Source: Candidatus Latescibacterota bacterium (GTDB lineage Bacteria; Latescibacterota; UBA2968; UBA8231). Taken from it: a stretch of 64,000 nt of DNA. Within the stretch, counting starts at the first letter, position 1. The number at the start of each line of letters is the position of its first letter. The stretch is taken from the NCBI GenBank assembly GCA_965203175.1, contig OZ241867.1, forward strand, positions 3,648,001 to 3,712,000, read 5' to 3'. Below, piece by piece: positions 1 through 8,843 of the stretch. The notes beneath the pieces are model-generated. The model saw only the letters and a list, made by a program, of their open reading frames with translations, had not been told where the DNA came from and did no database searches. The position numbers and the translations under genes are program-made.

Positions 1-2
1 AT

Positions 3-1097
3 TTCTGCCCTGGTCAAGATCACACTATTCCTCGTCCGCCGAACTACGAGCGCCACCGCGACCAGCAGCCCTACACCTTGACCTTGCAGTACGCCCGCGG
101 CCTGCGCACGTACCGATTCTTCGAGACTGCTGGTGACTTGCCCGGCTCCTTTTGGGCCTACCGCCGCCTATTGTGCGCCGATCAATTCGTCGAGGGACAG
201 GTGCTTGGAGATGTGGCGTTGATCAACTGGCAGGGTAATGACTACACCGGCGGCACCCTCATCGACGTGCCGCCCGCCGAGCAAGCGCAGCAGATAGCCG
301 CGGCCAAGGAACTGAGCTTGGGATTGTTGTACTGGCTACAAACTGAGGTGCCGCGCGACGATGGCGGTCGCGGTTATCCCGAACTGCGACTGCGTCCCGA
401 CATCATGGGGACTGCCGACGGCTTCTCCCAGTACCCGTACATCCGCGAGTCTCGGCGCATCGAAGCGCGCAAGACCATTGTCGAGCAAGAGGTCGCCGCT
501 GCGCACCAGCCCAATGCGCGCGCCGCTCCTTTTAGCGACAGCGTTGGCGTAGGCTGGTACGCCATCGACATCCACGGCCAAGCCACTGACGTGGTGTACA
601 CTGCGCCCACTAAGCCCTTCCAGATCCCGTTGGGTGCGCTCGTGTCGCGGCACTTGGACAACTTGCTGGCGGCCTGCAAGAACATCGGCACCACGCACAT
701 CACCAATGGCTGCTACCGCCTGCATCCCGTGGAGTGGAATAGCGGCGAGGCTGCTGGTGCGTTGGCTGCTTTTTGCTTGGGCCAGCAACGGATTCCAGCG
801 GATGTGTGCAGCAGCGCGGCTTTGCTGCGCCAGTACCAGCAGACTTTGCTGGCGGCTGGTGTGCCGCTGTATTGGTATGAGGACGTGCCGCCTGGGCATC
901 CGGCCTTTGCGGCCGTGCAGATGATGGCCGTGGAGGGGATATGGCCGGGCTGCGCCGATCATTTGCGCTTTGAGCCAGACGCCTTGGTTGACGAATCTGA
1001 TGAGCGCCTGCGGGCTGCGGGCCTGTCGCCGGATCTTGTAGGACGCGATCCCATAAGGCGCGGGGATTTGGCGCGCCGGATGGCTCAGCATTTGTAA
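3..1097 (+). CDS. FAD-dependent oxidoreductase (FAD_oxidored family), 5' end outside the window
   Basis: Frame is open from base 3 (FCPGQDHTIPRP...). Motifs PYIRESRRI, PFQIPLGALV, NLLAACKNIGTTHITNGCYRLHPVEW are typical of this family. Confidence 0.8.
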   Translation, partial: FCPGQDHTIPRPPNYERHRDQQPYTLTLQYARGLRTYRFFETAGDLPGSFWAYRRLLCADQFVEGQVLGDVALINWQGNDYTGGTLIDVPPAEQAQQIAAAKELSLGLLYWLQTEVPRDDGGRGYPELRLRPDIMGTADGFSQYPYIRESRRIEARKTIVEQEVAAAHQPNARAAPFSDSVGVGWYAIDIHGQATDVVYTAPTKPFQIPLGALVSRHLDNLLAACKNIGTTHITNGCYRLHPVEWNSGEAAGALAAFCLGQQRIPADVCSSAALLRQYQQTLLAAGVPLYWYEDVPPGHPAFAAVQMMAVEGIWPGCADHLRFEPDALVDESDERLRAAGLSPDLVGRDPIRRGDLARRMAQHL

Positions 1098-1129
1098 AGG
1101 ATAATCCGATGGCGTAGATTTGGGAGTGA

Positions 1130-1205
<76 letters not shown>

Positions 1206-1364
1206 ATAAAAACAAGGGGTTATGACAGACACGCCATAGCGACGCAAAGCTCGTATCAGCAATATGTCGGCAGTAAGTAGAAGAAACCCAATGCTACGTA
1301 TGCTGTTGAAGCTGTTGTCGCTATTTGGTCGTGGGCTTCTTTGAAATCTGAGAGGACTGAAAAC

Positions 1365-1393
1365 CCCCCGTGCCGGGAGATTTGGCACGGGGG
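1365..1393. repeat. 10-bp-stem hairpin, copy 1 (REP-like or bidirectional terminator)
   Basis: CCCCCGTGCC-GGGAGATTT-GGCACGGGGG flanked by A and T runs. The same stem recurs at 5698-5726. Confidence 0.75.
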
Positions 1394-1432
1394 ATTTTCT
1401 TTAAAATAGCCCTCGGCAAAAAATAATTGAAT

Positions 1433-1484
1433 AAAATCATAATAAAAATCACGAAATAAAACGTGTAGATCACGTAAATATCAC
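1433..1484 (+). promoter_or_regulatory. Phased ATCA(C/T) direct-repeat array, copy 1 of a duplicated upstream element
   Basis: AAAATCATAATAAAAATCACGAAA...TGTAGATCAC. ATCAY occurs at 1436, 1448, 1469 and 1480. Near-identical text is found at 4640-4690. Confidence 0.55.
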
Positions 1485-1505
1485 ACACAAGCCTTATAGA
1501 GGTAT

Positions 1506-1955
1506 GTGACCGGTGATGGTGAATTGGCTCCGCCAATAGAAATTTTCTGGCACAGGGACTTTGCCGACCTTTGGAATAGAGACGAGCCACGGCCAGATGG
1601 ATTGACCAGAATAGGCTCCCATTTCTATTATCTGCCGTGGAATATCAACCTAGAGGAATTGGAGGCTCTAGGTGAAATGCCCCAGGACGACCGAGTGCTT
1701 TTGCTGCCTGCATTTGCCGAGGGGTATTCGGCGTTCTTGGGCTTGGAAGATTCATCGCTGGATGATCCGTCGGCTTCAACCGATCCAAACGGTCTACTTT
1801 CCACTAAAACCCCTACCATCTGGATGGACTGGCATGTGCTCTCTCGGCTTTTTCGTCAGTCCGATCTAGACCCATGGGATACTAGGCACACTAAACGGTG
1901 CGATGGCCCCAATGGAGAGCAATACATCGGAGTACGCTACAAGTACTTCCAGTAG
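1506..1955 (+). CDS. Hypothetical protein (149 aa), lower GC than flanking genes
   Basis: ORF follows an AT-rich upstream region and is followed by a terminator. No family recognised. Confidence 0.5.
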   Translation: MTGDGELAPPIEIFWHRDFADLWNRDEPRPDGLTRIGSHFYYLPWNINLEELEALGEMPQDDRVLLLPAFAEGYSAFLGLEDSSLDDPSASTDPNGLLSTKTPTIWMDWHVLSRLFRQSDLDPWDTRHTKRCDGPNGEQYIGVRYKYFQ

Positions 1956-1976
1956 CCCAAGCACCACGTAACATGC

Positions 1977-2019
1977 GAAAGAGCCTGGCATCATGTTGAT
2001 GTTGGGCTCTTTCTTTTTT
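1977..2019 (+). terminator. Rho-independent terminator
   Basis: GAAAGAGCCTGGCATCA-TGT-TGATGTTGGGCTCTTTC hairpin (with G-U pairs) followed by a T run. Confidence 0.75.
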
Positions 2020-2139
2020 AGCCTCCATCGCTGGTATAACTATATAGAACATCTAATTGGCAGCTAGCCATTTTTGCATTCACCTTTCAGGAGCAATATC
2101 ATGTCTGATCCTTGCTGCACTAAGCAAAAGCAATCAAGA

Positions 2140-4521
2140 CTACTCACCTTTCGGCATCCGGTAGCCGACGCGAGACTCGGTAAAGATATAGGTGGGGCTG
2201 ATCGCGTCGTCGTCCAGCTTGAGGCGGAGCTTTCTGATGAGCGTGCGGATCACCCGCACATCTCTAGCGTCGGCCGGGTCCCATACCCTGCGCAACAACT
2301 GGTCGTAGGTCACCACCCGTCCGGCGTTGACCGACAACTCGCAGAGCAGTTTGTATTCGGTGGCGGTCAGCTTCACCGGCTGGTTGGCCACCGTCACGCG
2401 GCGTTCGACGTAGTCAATAGTCAGGTCTCCCAGCACGTAGGGTTCCGACGGCCCGGCCCCGTATGGCTCTGCCTGCCTGCGCAGGGCCGCCCTAACTCGC
2501 GCCACCAGTTCCGTCGGCGAGAAGGGCTTGACGATGTAGTCGGTAGCTCCATTCTCGAAGGCCTGGGCGATGATTTGGTCTTTGCCGTACGCGGAGACGA
2601 AGATGACCGGCACGTCGGCTATACGGAGGATGTCCTTCATCAGCTCGATGCCGTTGGAGTCGGGCAGTACTAGGTCGAGCAAGACTAGGTGGGGCTTTTT
2701 CTCCTCCGCGAGGAGGAGCACCTCCTCTGGGTTCGGGGTCACTGTTGGCGCGAAGCCCGCCTTTGAGAGCGCGGCCCGGATATACTTCAGTGCCTGCGGA
2801 TCGTCGTCCACCACCAAAATGCGGACCTCCTCGCTCTTTTTCCGCTTCCGCCGCGAGTGGGTAGCGCGTCGAGGGGACGGGGTTGTTGCGCCGCTCCCGG
2901 TCTCTTCGACCACCGGTATGGTGAAGGTGAACCGTGCGCCTTGGCCCGGCCCGTCGCTCTCAGCCCAGATGCGGCCACCGTGCGCCTCCACAATCCCCTT
3001 GCAGATGGCAAGGCCAAGACCCGCGCCACCGATTTCGCTTTCCGCGTCCTCGTCGGTGCGGGAAAACTTCCTAAACAGGTGCGGCAACCGCTCGGCAGAT
3101 ATCCCGGTGCCCTCGTCGGCGACGGAGACCGCCACGTGAAGGTCCTCCTGCACGGCGGTCAATCTGATGACGGACGACTCCAGCGAGTGCCTTGCTGCGT
3201 TGGACAGGAGGTTGCCTAGAACTTGGACGATGCGCTGTCGGTCTGCCATAACCGGAGGCAGGTCCGGCGTAAGGTCAAAGTCGAGGTTGTGCCTTCCGCC
3301 ACCGCTCAGGAAGGTGTTCCTAGCCCGGTCCACCAGGGTGGCGACCTCGGCTGGTTCGAGACTAACTGGCAGCGTGCCCGTCTCAATGCGCGCCACGTCG
3401 AGTAGACTGGCAATCAGCTTGCGCATGTGGTCGACCTGATTGACGATGATTTGGTGGAACTGGCGCAGCTCAGCGGGATCTAAGTCGGATGAGTCGTCCA
3501 GCAGGGTCATTGCGGAGCCTTTAATAGAGGTCAGTGGAACGCGCAACTCGTGGCTGACCATACCTAGGAGATCGGCCCGCAGCCGCTCCAGCTCCTCCAG
3601 CGGCGTCATGTCCTGTAGCGTGATGACGACCGACTCGATCTCGCCGTCCTGCGAACGGATGGGCGTGGCGTTGACCACCGTGGTCACCGACCGGCCATCG
3701 GGGTTCTGCACGACGATCTCCTCAGCGCGGACGGTCTCGCCGGTGCTCAACACCTGCTCGAGGGGGAACTCGTTCAGAGCGATCTCGCGCCCATCGGCAC
3801 GCCGGACGGTGACCACATCGGCGAGTTGCTCTACGGGGGATCCCGGCGTCTGTAGCTCTCCCATAATCCTTCTGGCCTCCCGGTTGAAGGACACCGGCAC
3901 GCCGGTCCGAGCGTCGAAGACCACCACGCCCACCGGCGAGGTGTTGATCAGGGTTTCGAGGTCGGCTCTGGCTCGCTGCTCGTCGCGGTGCCTACGGGCG
4001 TTGCCGATGACTAGGGTCGCTTGGGACGCGAACATGACCAAGGTATCCTCGTCTTCGCGGGAGAACTCCTGTCCAGGTTTGCTCTTTCCCAGGTAAATAT
4101 TGCCCACATTCTCGCCCCGGTGGCGAATCGGAGCCCCTAGGTAGGCGTGTATCTGAACGGGCAGGCGGGACTCGGGCAGGTCCTGCGATCTAGTGTGGCT
4201 GGCAAAGTCCGGGACTCTCAGCGGACCTGGAATAGTAGTTAGGTATTCGAAGATCTTCAGCGCCTCGGGCATCGCAAATAGCTGTTGGATATCCTCGTCC
4301 GTCAGACCGGACGCCAAAAAGTCTTCCACCTGACCTTCATCATCCAGGGTGACAATCACGCCGTACTGAGCGTCGGTTAGCGATTGGGCACTATCCAAAA
4401 TCTCCTGCCATACCGTGTCGAGGTCGAGGCTCTCGTTGATGCGCAGGCTGGCCTCGCTCAGCTTGGAGAGGCGGTTGCGCGGCGTCTCTCCCTGTTGGTC
4501 ACGCTCGTCGGTGTTTTTCAA
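2140..4521 (-). CDS. Hybrid sensor kinase / response regulator: GAF-PAS-HisKA-HATPase-receiver-OmpR-type winged helix
   Basis: H box SHELRVPLTSI, N box NLLSNAARH, G boxes DEGTGI and GAGLGLAIC, receiver VVDDD...LLDL...KPF, C-terminal wHTH LTATEYKLL...ESRVGYR. TTG start at 4521 lies behind GGAGGT. Confidence 0.92.
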   Translation of the reverse strand: MKNTDERDQQGETPRNRLSKLSEASLRINESLDLDTVWQEILDSAQSLTDAQYGVIVTLDDEGQVEDFLASGLTDEDIQQLFAMPEALKIFEYLTTIPGPLRVPDFASHTRSQDLPESRLPVQIHAYLGAPIRHRGENVGNIYLGKSKPGQEFSREDEDTLVMFASQATLVIGNARRHRDEQRARADLETLINTSPVGVVVFDARTGVPVSFNREARRIMGELQTPGSPVEQLADVVTVRRADGREIALNEFPLEQVLSTGETVRAEEIVVQNPDGRSVTTVVNATPIRSQDGEIESVVITLQDMTPLEELERLRADLLGMVSHELRVPLTSIKGSAMTLLDDSSDLDPAELRQFHQIIVNQVDHMRKLIASLLDVARIETGTLPVSLEPAEVATLVDRARNTFLSGGGRHNLDFDLTPDLPPVMADRQRIVQVLGNLLSNAARHSLESSVIRLTAVQEDLHVAVSVADEGTGISAERLPHLFRKFSRTDEDAESEIGGAGLGLAICKGIVEAHGGRIWAESDGPGQGARFTFTIPVVEETGSGATTPSPRRATHSRRKRKKSEEVRILVVDDDPQALKYIRAALSKAGFAPTVTPNPEEVLLLAEEKKPHLVLLDLVLPDSNGIELMKDILRIADVPVIFVSAYGKDQIIAQAFENGATDYIVKPFSPTELVARVRAALRRQAEPYGAGPSEPYVLGDLTIDYVERRVTVANQPVKLTATEYKLLCELSVNAGRVVTYDQLLRRVWDPADARDVRVIRTLIRKLRLKLDDDAISPTYIFTESRVGYRMPKGE

Positions 4522-4639
4522 TTGATTACCTCCATCAGGATGTGAGATACCCGTGGTTGTCGTCGGGCGTCGCTTAATGATACAACGGGATTTGAGGCGC
4601 AGTAGGCCTAAAGGGGGCAATTATACTATAATTGGGCAA

Positions 4640-4690
4640 AAAATCATAATAAAATCACGAAAAAGAGCTTGCAAATTACTTGTAGATCAT
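4640..4690 (+). promoter_or_regulatory. Copy 2 of the duplicated element, AAAATCA direct repeats with 11-bp period
   Basis: AAAATCA at 4640 and 4651, TGTAGATCAT at 4681. Lies in the divergent intergenic region between the regulator and the muramidase. Confidence 0.55.
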
Positions 4691-4766
4691 ACCTGGGCCT
4701 TATTTATTATAAAGCATAAGGCTGTGAAATTCTTAGGTCACTATATTCCCCAAAGGAGTAGTAAAC

Positions 4767-5330
4767 ATGGAAGACTACTTTGAAGAATCTTACGATAAGG
4801 TATTCCATCACGAGGGCGGCTTTGTCGACGACCCGGACGACCGCGGTGGGATGACCTTCATGGGGATCTCGCGCAGGTTCTGGCCCGACGAATCGCTTTG
4901 GGAAGCTATCGACGAGGCTCTTGACGCAGGGGAGAACCCCAATGAATTGATCGACCGGATGCGACCGCTTGTAGGCGACTTCTACCGCAGAGAGTTTTGG
5001 AACAAAGGGCTATGCGACCAGATCGGTCACCAAGAGTTGGCCAGCTCCCACTTTGATTTTTTTGTTAATGCCGGCGCACAAAATGCTTTTCGCGCCCTGC
5101 AAGTGGTGGCCAATGCCGTCGGCGGCCAGGACATCGACGAGGATGGGCTCGTGGGGCCGGCCACGCGGGCGGCAGTGGACAAGCTCAACGGCCTCGATGA
5201 GCAGGGATTTGAAAGGGCACTGCTTGTATACAATGCCTGTCGGACGATCCACTACGTCACCCTCGCCCGCAAAGACGCCTCGCAACGCAAATTCATAAAT
5301 GGTTGGTTGAACCGCGTCTTAACCTCCTGA
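4767..5330 (+). CDS. Glycoside hydrolase family 108 muramidase with C-terminal peptidoglycan-binding domain
   Basis: HEGGFVDDPDDRGGMTFMGI catalytic motif, DGLVGPAT, C-terminal QRKFINGWLNRV. AAGGAG RBS. Confidence 0.9.
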   Translation: MEDYFEESYDKVFHHEGGFVDDPDDRGGMTFMGISRRFWPDESLWEAIDEALDAGENPNELIDRMRPLVGDFYRREFWNKGLCDQIGHQELASSHFDFFVNAGAQNAFRALQVVANAVGGQDIDEDGLVGPATRAAVDKLNGLDEQGFERALLVYNACRTIHYVTLARKDASQRKFINGWLNRVLTS

Positions 5331-5360
5331 CGGAACAACCAAAAAAGGAGATCTGACGCT

Positions 5361-5549
5361 ATGGAATGGATTATGTTCGTCTTACTCGTCGTCCTGCTCT
5401 CGTTTTTCTGGCATGACCTGCGCTCGCAACTTCGCGTCCATCACCACGGAATAAATACACGCCTTGACGCCCTGAGCACGCGGCTTAGTGCCGTCGAGGA
5501 GCACTTGACGCGGATCGAGGCCTTGTTGGATTTCGATGATGAGATATAG
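5361..5549 (+). CDS. Small single-TM coiled-coil protein (holin-, i-spanin- or XhlA-like)
   Basis: AAGGAG RBS, N-terminal hydrophobic helix, heptad repeat RLDALSTRLSAVEEHLTRIEALL. Confidence 0.7.
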   Translation: MEWIMFVLLVVLLSFFWHDLRSQLRVHHHGINTRLDALSTRLSAVEEHLTRIEALLDFDDEI

Positions 5550-5697
5550 TCGCTCCCATAGGTTTATTCACGCCGCCGGATTGGCTTGCGCGCTGGTGGT
5601 CGCTGGTTGCGGCCCACGGATCGCGTTTGTCCCCACACACGAGCGATCCTATGACTCATGGGACGGAACCTGGAACCTTCGATATTTCACAAGGTAA
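5536..5697 (+). CDS. Small 53-aa lipoprotein, absent from the ORF track (o-spanin-like position)
   Basis: Hand translation: MMRYSRSHRFIHAAGLACALVVAG-CGPRIAFVPTHERSYDSWDGTWNLRYFTR*. Lipobox VAGC. Overlaps the upstream stop, and its TAA abuts the hairpin. Confidence 0.6.
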   Translation: MMRYSRSHRFIHAAGLACALVVAGCGPRIAFVPTHERSYDSWDGTWNLRYFTR

Positions 5698-5727
5698 CCC
5701 CCGTGCCAACTCCCCGGGCACGGGGGT
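5697..5727. repeat. 10/11-bp-stem hairpin, copy 2 (inverted relative to copy 1); likely terminator between convergent genes
   Basis: ACCCCCGTGCC-AACTCCCCG-GGCACGGGGGT. Confidence 0.75.
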
Positions 5728-5755
5728 CTTAATTTCACAGTAGCCCATTACCGTC

Positions 5756-6580
5756 TTATTGCCTACAATCCACAGTCAGAGCAATCAGGGCAGCCTGTTC
5801 GGCTGTTTTTGAGACTGCCTCCAAGCTCCAATAAAGATTGCTCGTGTAGTAACTCGTATTCAATGCGGTCCGAAGCACATTATAGCGAGCCGCCTGATCT
5901 AAGCGGCCAGCTAGTCCGTACGCGAAGCCGAAAAATTGCGAGGACGGCATTGGGGCACACATTTCGAGATACGCATCAGAGAAGGCCAAGATAGCAGCCC
6001 GGTATCCAACGGAAGCATCGGGTGCATCCAAAGACAAAATGGCGTCGTTGTAGAAAGCGCAGTTAGCCTCGTGCGCGGCAGCGGCGGCTTGTTTGGTTAT
6101 CTCTTTTCCCGCCGCGTTAAATCGATCCCAAGCTGGGTAATACTCGTTGCCCCAGATGGCTATTTCCGCTGCGGTTAGACGGTGCATAACACCGGCGGCG
6201 TTAAAAAGGTATTTACCGCCTGCAAAAGCGCCGCTCAACGCGGTTTCGTCAATGGGAGTGCCTACTGTGTAGAAAGCCTGTTTGGCATCCATGTATTGAT
6301 CGAAAGCCGCCGCGGCCTCGGGGCCGAAGGTGGTGTGCAAAGAGGCAAAGAGCGAGTCATAGGTAGCATAGGCGACCGAATCGACGACGGCCATAGCAAT
6401 GGAATCGGCAAAGGTATCGGCAACGACTCCGGCTTCCTTGAGATTTTGATAGGCGCTTGATGCGTCACGGGCGGCCAAGGCGGCGATTTCCTCGGTGGTA
6501 CAGTCGGTCGCATGGCCCTGCGCGGTGTTCGCGCGATTAGCACACGCAACAAAAGCGATGAGTAGAACAAAGCGAATCAT
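5756..6580 (-). CDS. Hypothetical secreted, Ala-rich helical protein
   Basis: 274-aa ORF with signal peptide MIRFVLLIAFVAC (possible lipobox). No family recognised. Confidence 0.65.
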   Translation of the reverse strand: MIRFVLLIAFVACANRANTAQGHATDCTTEEIAALAARDASSAYQNLKEAGVVADTFADSIAMAVVDSVAYATYDSLFASLHTTFGPEAAAAFDQYMDAKQAFYTVGTPIDETALSGAFAGGKYLFNAAGVMHRLTAAEIAIWGNEYYPAWDRFNAAGKEITKQAAAAAHEANCAFYNDAILSLDAPDASVGYRAAILAFSDAYLEMCAPMPSSQFFGFAYGLAGRLDQAARYNVLRTALNTSYYTSNLYWSLEAVSKTAEQAALIALTVDCRQ

Positions 6581-6595
6581 CTAACAGACCCCTCA

Positions 6596-8737
6596 CTACC
6601 AAGAGAACAGGAAGTTGCCGGTGCGCCCCGTGAAGTAGTCGATGATGAGCCAGAGGCCGAGGGTCAGCATCTGACCGGCGATCATCCCGAGGAAAAACCC
6701 CTGAGTACGGGGGTAGAGGTTGACGCCTCCGCACCGGACGATGATGACCTTGATGAACCAGGCGACGAACACGCTGGTAATGATGTGGGGCATCAGGTCC
6801 ACGGCCGCGACCGGGAAGCCGATCGGGTGGAGAGGCCACCAGGGCAGGCGGTGGCGAGCCCAGTAGAGCAGGGCCATGATGCCACCGCCACCGAATAGGA
6901 AACCGATGCCCGGCCAGTAGATGCCGGTAGGTTCTAGGTTGCGCACAGCGTTGTCGTAGGCGACCGTCGGTCCCATCTTGAAGAACCAATAATCGAGGTT
7001 GACGCCGCCGTAGCGGTAGGCGGCGTGGAAGATCATCCAGAACGAGCCCAGCGTCCCGATCAGCAGGGCGAGGATGAGAGCGAGGAAGACCAGCCGCCGG
7101 CTGCGCGCGTCCATATCCTCGATCAGCTTGAGGGCGTTCGTGCAGGTCGCCATGGCGAATGACCGGACCTCGTCGGCCCAGATGTAGGCCATGGCCATGT
7201 TGAACACGCCGGTGGGACCGACTAGAGATGAACCGAGACCCATGACGACGAAGTCGGGGGCGTTGACGGGCGTCCGCAGCGTCGCCAGCCCGGCTTCGGC
7301 GATGATCCGGGTGATGCCGATAAAGATCATCATGGCTAGGACGATGAAGAAAAGGGAGACCCATAGCGGTGTGCCCATGATCCACAGCCACAAGGTCATG
7401 ACCGCGATCCCCCCGAGGGTGCCGATCACGGCGCTGCGGTAGGAGAGGATCTCGTCCCGATCGTCGACGAGGGGTGCCCGGCCCAGGGCCTTGAGCCAGA
7501 CCGCCTTCAGATGCTCGCGGGCCGTCCACAGCACCACCGCCACCAGGACCAGCAGGGCACCCAGCCCCTCGTAGCCCACTAGGGGTGAGTCGGGGACGCC
7601 GTGGAAGTGCACCTGCTCCGATTTGATCCCGGCAATCGCCAGCGCGCTCTTCTGGAGCCTGCCGAGCAGGTAAAACACCCACACGCTGCCCGATATCCTC
7701 GTGTCGATGAGGTAGGTGAAGCCGGTCAGGGCGAAGTTGACCTTGCCGTCTAGGTACGGTATCGACAGGCGCATGGACACCATGGGAATGGAGGGGTTGT
7801 AGTTCGACATGGCCCTCAGGCTGCCGACGATGAACGGGATGGCCATGCCGATCCACACGGACGGACGCTTGAAGAAGCCGTTCACCAGCCTGTTTTCGTC
7901 CTCGCCGCGTATCATAGCCAAACCGACCTGGGCGATGGGATAGCTCAGCCGCTCCCGCTCCATCCACTGGCGCCGCAGGATCACGGCGATCGAGATCATG
8001 CAGACGTACAGTGCCAGCAGGAAGACAGCCCACCACAGCAACGGCTCGACCCAGGTGCCGTAGGGGATGCTTTGGCCGGGCTCGGAGATGCCCTCGTAGA
8101 ACAGGACGTTCCCAGCGCCGTCGTCGACTAGGATGTCGCGCTCGGGAAAGTGGGGGAAGAGCTTCTCCCGCCACTGGTTCTCCGGCGAGGCGTAGTAGAA
8201 GATGGCGGTGAGGGTGGGCAGGATCAGCTCGGTCAGGCCCATCGTACACACGGCCGAGACCATCGCCAGCATGGCATACACCATGATCAGTTCGGCGCGG
8301 TTGAGGGCTAGGCTGCGACCGGACCAAGCCAGCGGCACGTTGCCGAGGGCGCAGAGCAGCGCGAAGGTGGAGAAGATCAGCCCGGGCGAATGCACATCGA
8401 CGTCGTTCAGGGGCCAGTAGGAGTAGAGCCAGGCAGCCCCCACCGCCAGGGCAAAAGCGAGGGCTATTTCCCTGCTGCGTGCGGCCAGCTTGAAGGCTAG
8501 GTTGAGTAAGCCGATCAGCACGACGAAGACGAAGATGGCCCCCGGGGTGCTGATGTCGGCGGCCACGTAGGCGCCCTTGATGACCATGTTGCTGTAGGGG
8601 GCGCTGATGGCGAGGAAGAAGCTCAGGCAGCCCCCCACGAAGAACCCCCGCCACGTCAGGCGGTGGCGCGATTCGAGGAGGGGCTCGGAGCGCGACCGCA
8701 GGTACTGGCGGTAGAGCAGGGGGATTTTCTCTTTCAC
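6596..8737 (-). CDS. Polytopic inner-membrane protein, DUF6785/DUF6784-like (putative transporter)
   Basis: Many hydrophobic helices. Motifs ILRRQWMERERLSYPI, TRIIAEAGL and WWPLHPIG resemble this family (recalled, not searched). Confidence 0.75.
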   Translation of the reverse strand: MKEKIPLLYRQYLRSRSEPLLESRHRLTWRGFFVGGCLSFFLAISAPYSNMVIKGAYVAADISTPGAIFVFVVLIGLLNLAFKLAARSREIALAFALAVGAAWLYSYWPLNDVDVHSPGLIFSTFALLCALGNVPLAWSGRSLALNRAELIMVYAMLAMVSAVCTMGLTELILPTLTAIFYYASPENQWREKLFPHFPERDILVDDGAGNVLFYEGISEPGQSIPYGTWVEPLLWWAVFLLALYVCMISIAVILRRQWMERERLSYPIAQVGLAMIRGEDENRLVNGFFKRPSVWIGMAIPFIVGSLRAMSNYNPSIPMVSMRLSIPYLDGKVNFALTGFTYLIDTRISGSVWVFYLLGRLQKSALAIAGIKSEQVHFHGVPDSPLVGYEGLGALLVLVAVVLWTAREHLKAVWLKALGRAPLVDDRDEILSYRSAVIGTLGGIAVMTLWLWIMGTPLWVSLFFIVLAMMIFIGITRIIAEAGLATLRTPVNAPDFVVMGLGSSLVGPTGVFNMAMAYIWADEVRSFAMATCTNALKLIEDMDARSRRLVFLALILALLIGTLGSFWMIFHAAYRYGGVNLDYWFFKMGPTVAYDNAVRNLEPTGIYWPGIGFLFGGGGIMALLYWARHRLPWWPLHPIGFPVAAVDLMPHIITSVFVAWFIKVIIVRCGGVNLYPRTQGFFLGMIAGQMLTLGLWLIIDYFTGRTGNFLFSW

Positions 8738-8843
8738 GGGAGGCGCGTCAGTGGGTGAGGGCGGAGACCGGCCTCCCGCCCGAACGGACCCGAGGTTGGA
8801 GCGATGATGGCGACGCGCTTGCGATCCGCCTTGGTTGATCGCA

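Noticed and set aside
6578-6586. GTTAGAT (GTTRRRY) overlapping the start of the 274-aa gene as an integron cassette boundary
   Set aside because: No matching inverse core or attC was found after the gene, and a 7-mer alone is not significant.
6537-8654. 705-aa Arg/Pro-rich ORF and many similar alternative-frame ORFs across the window
   Set aside because: They overlap well-supported genes and have the composition typical of GC-rich off-frame translation.
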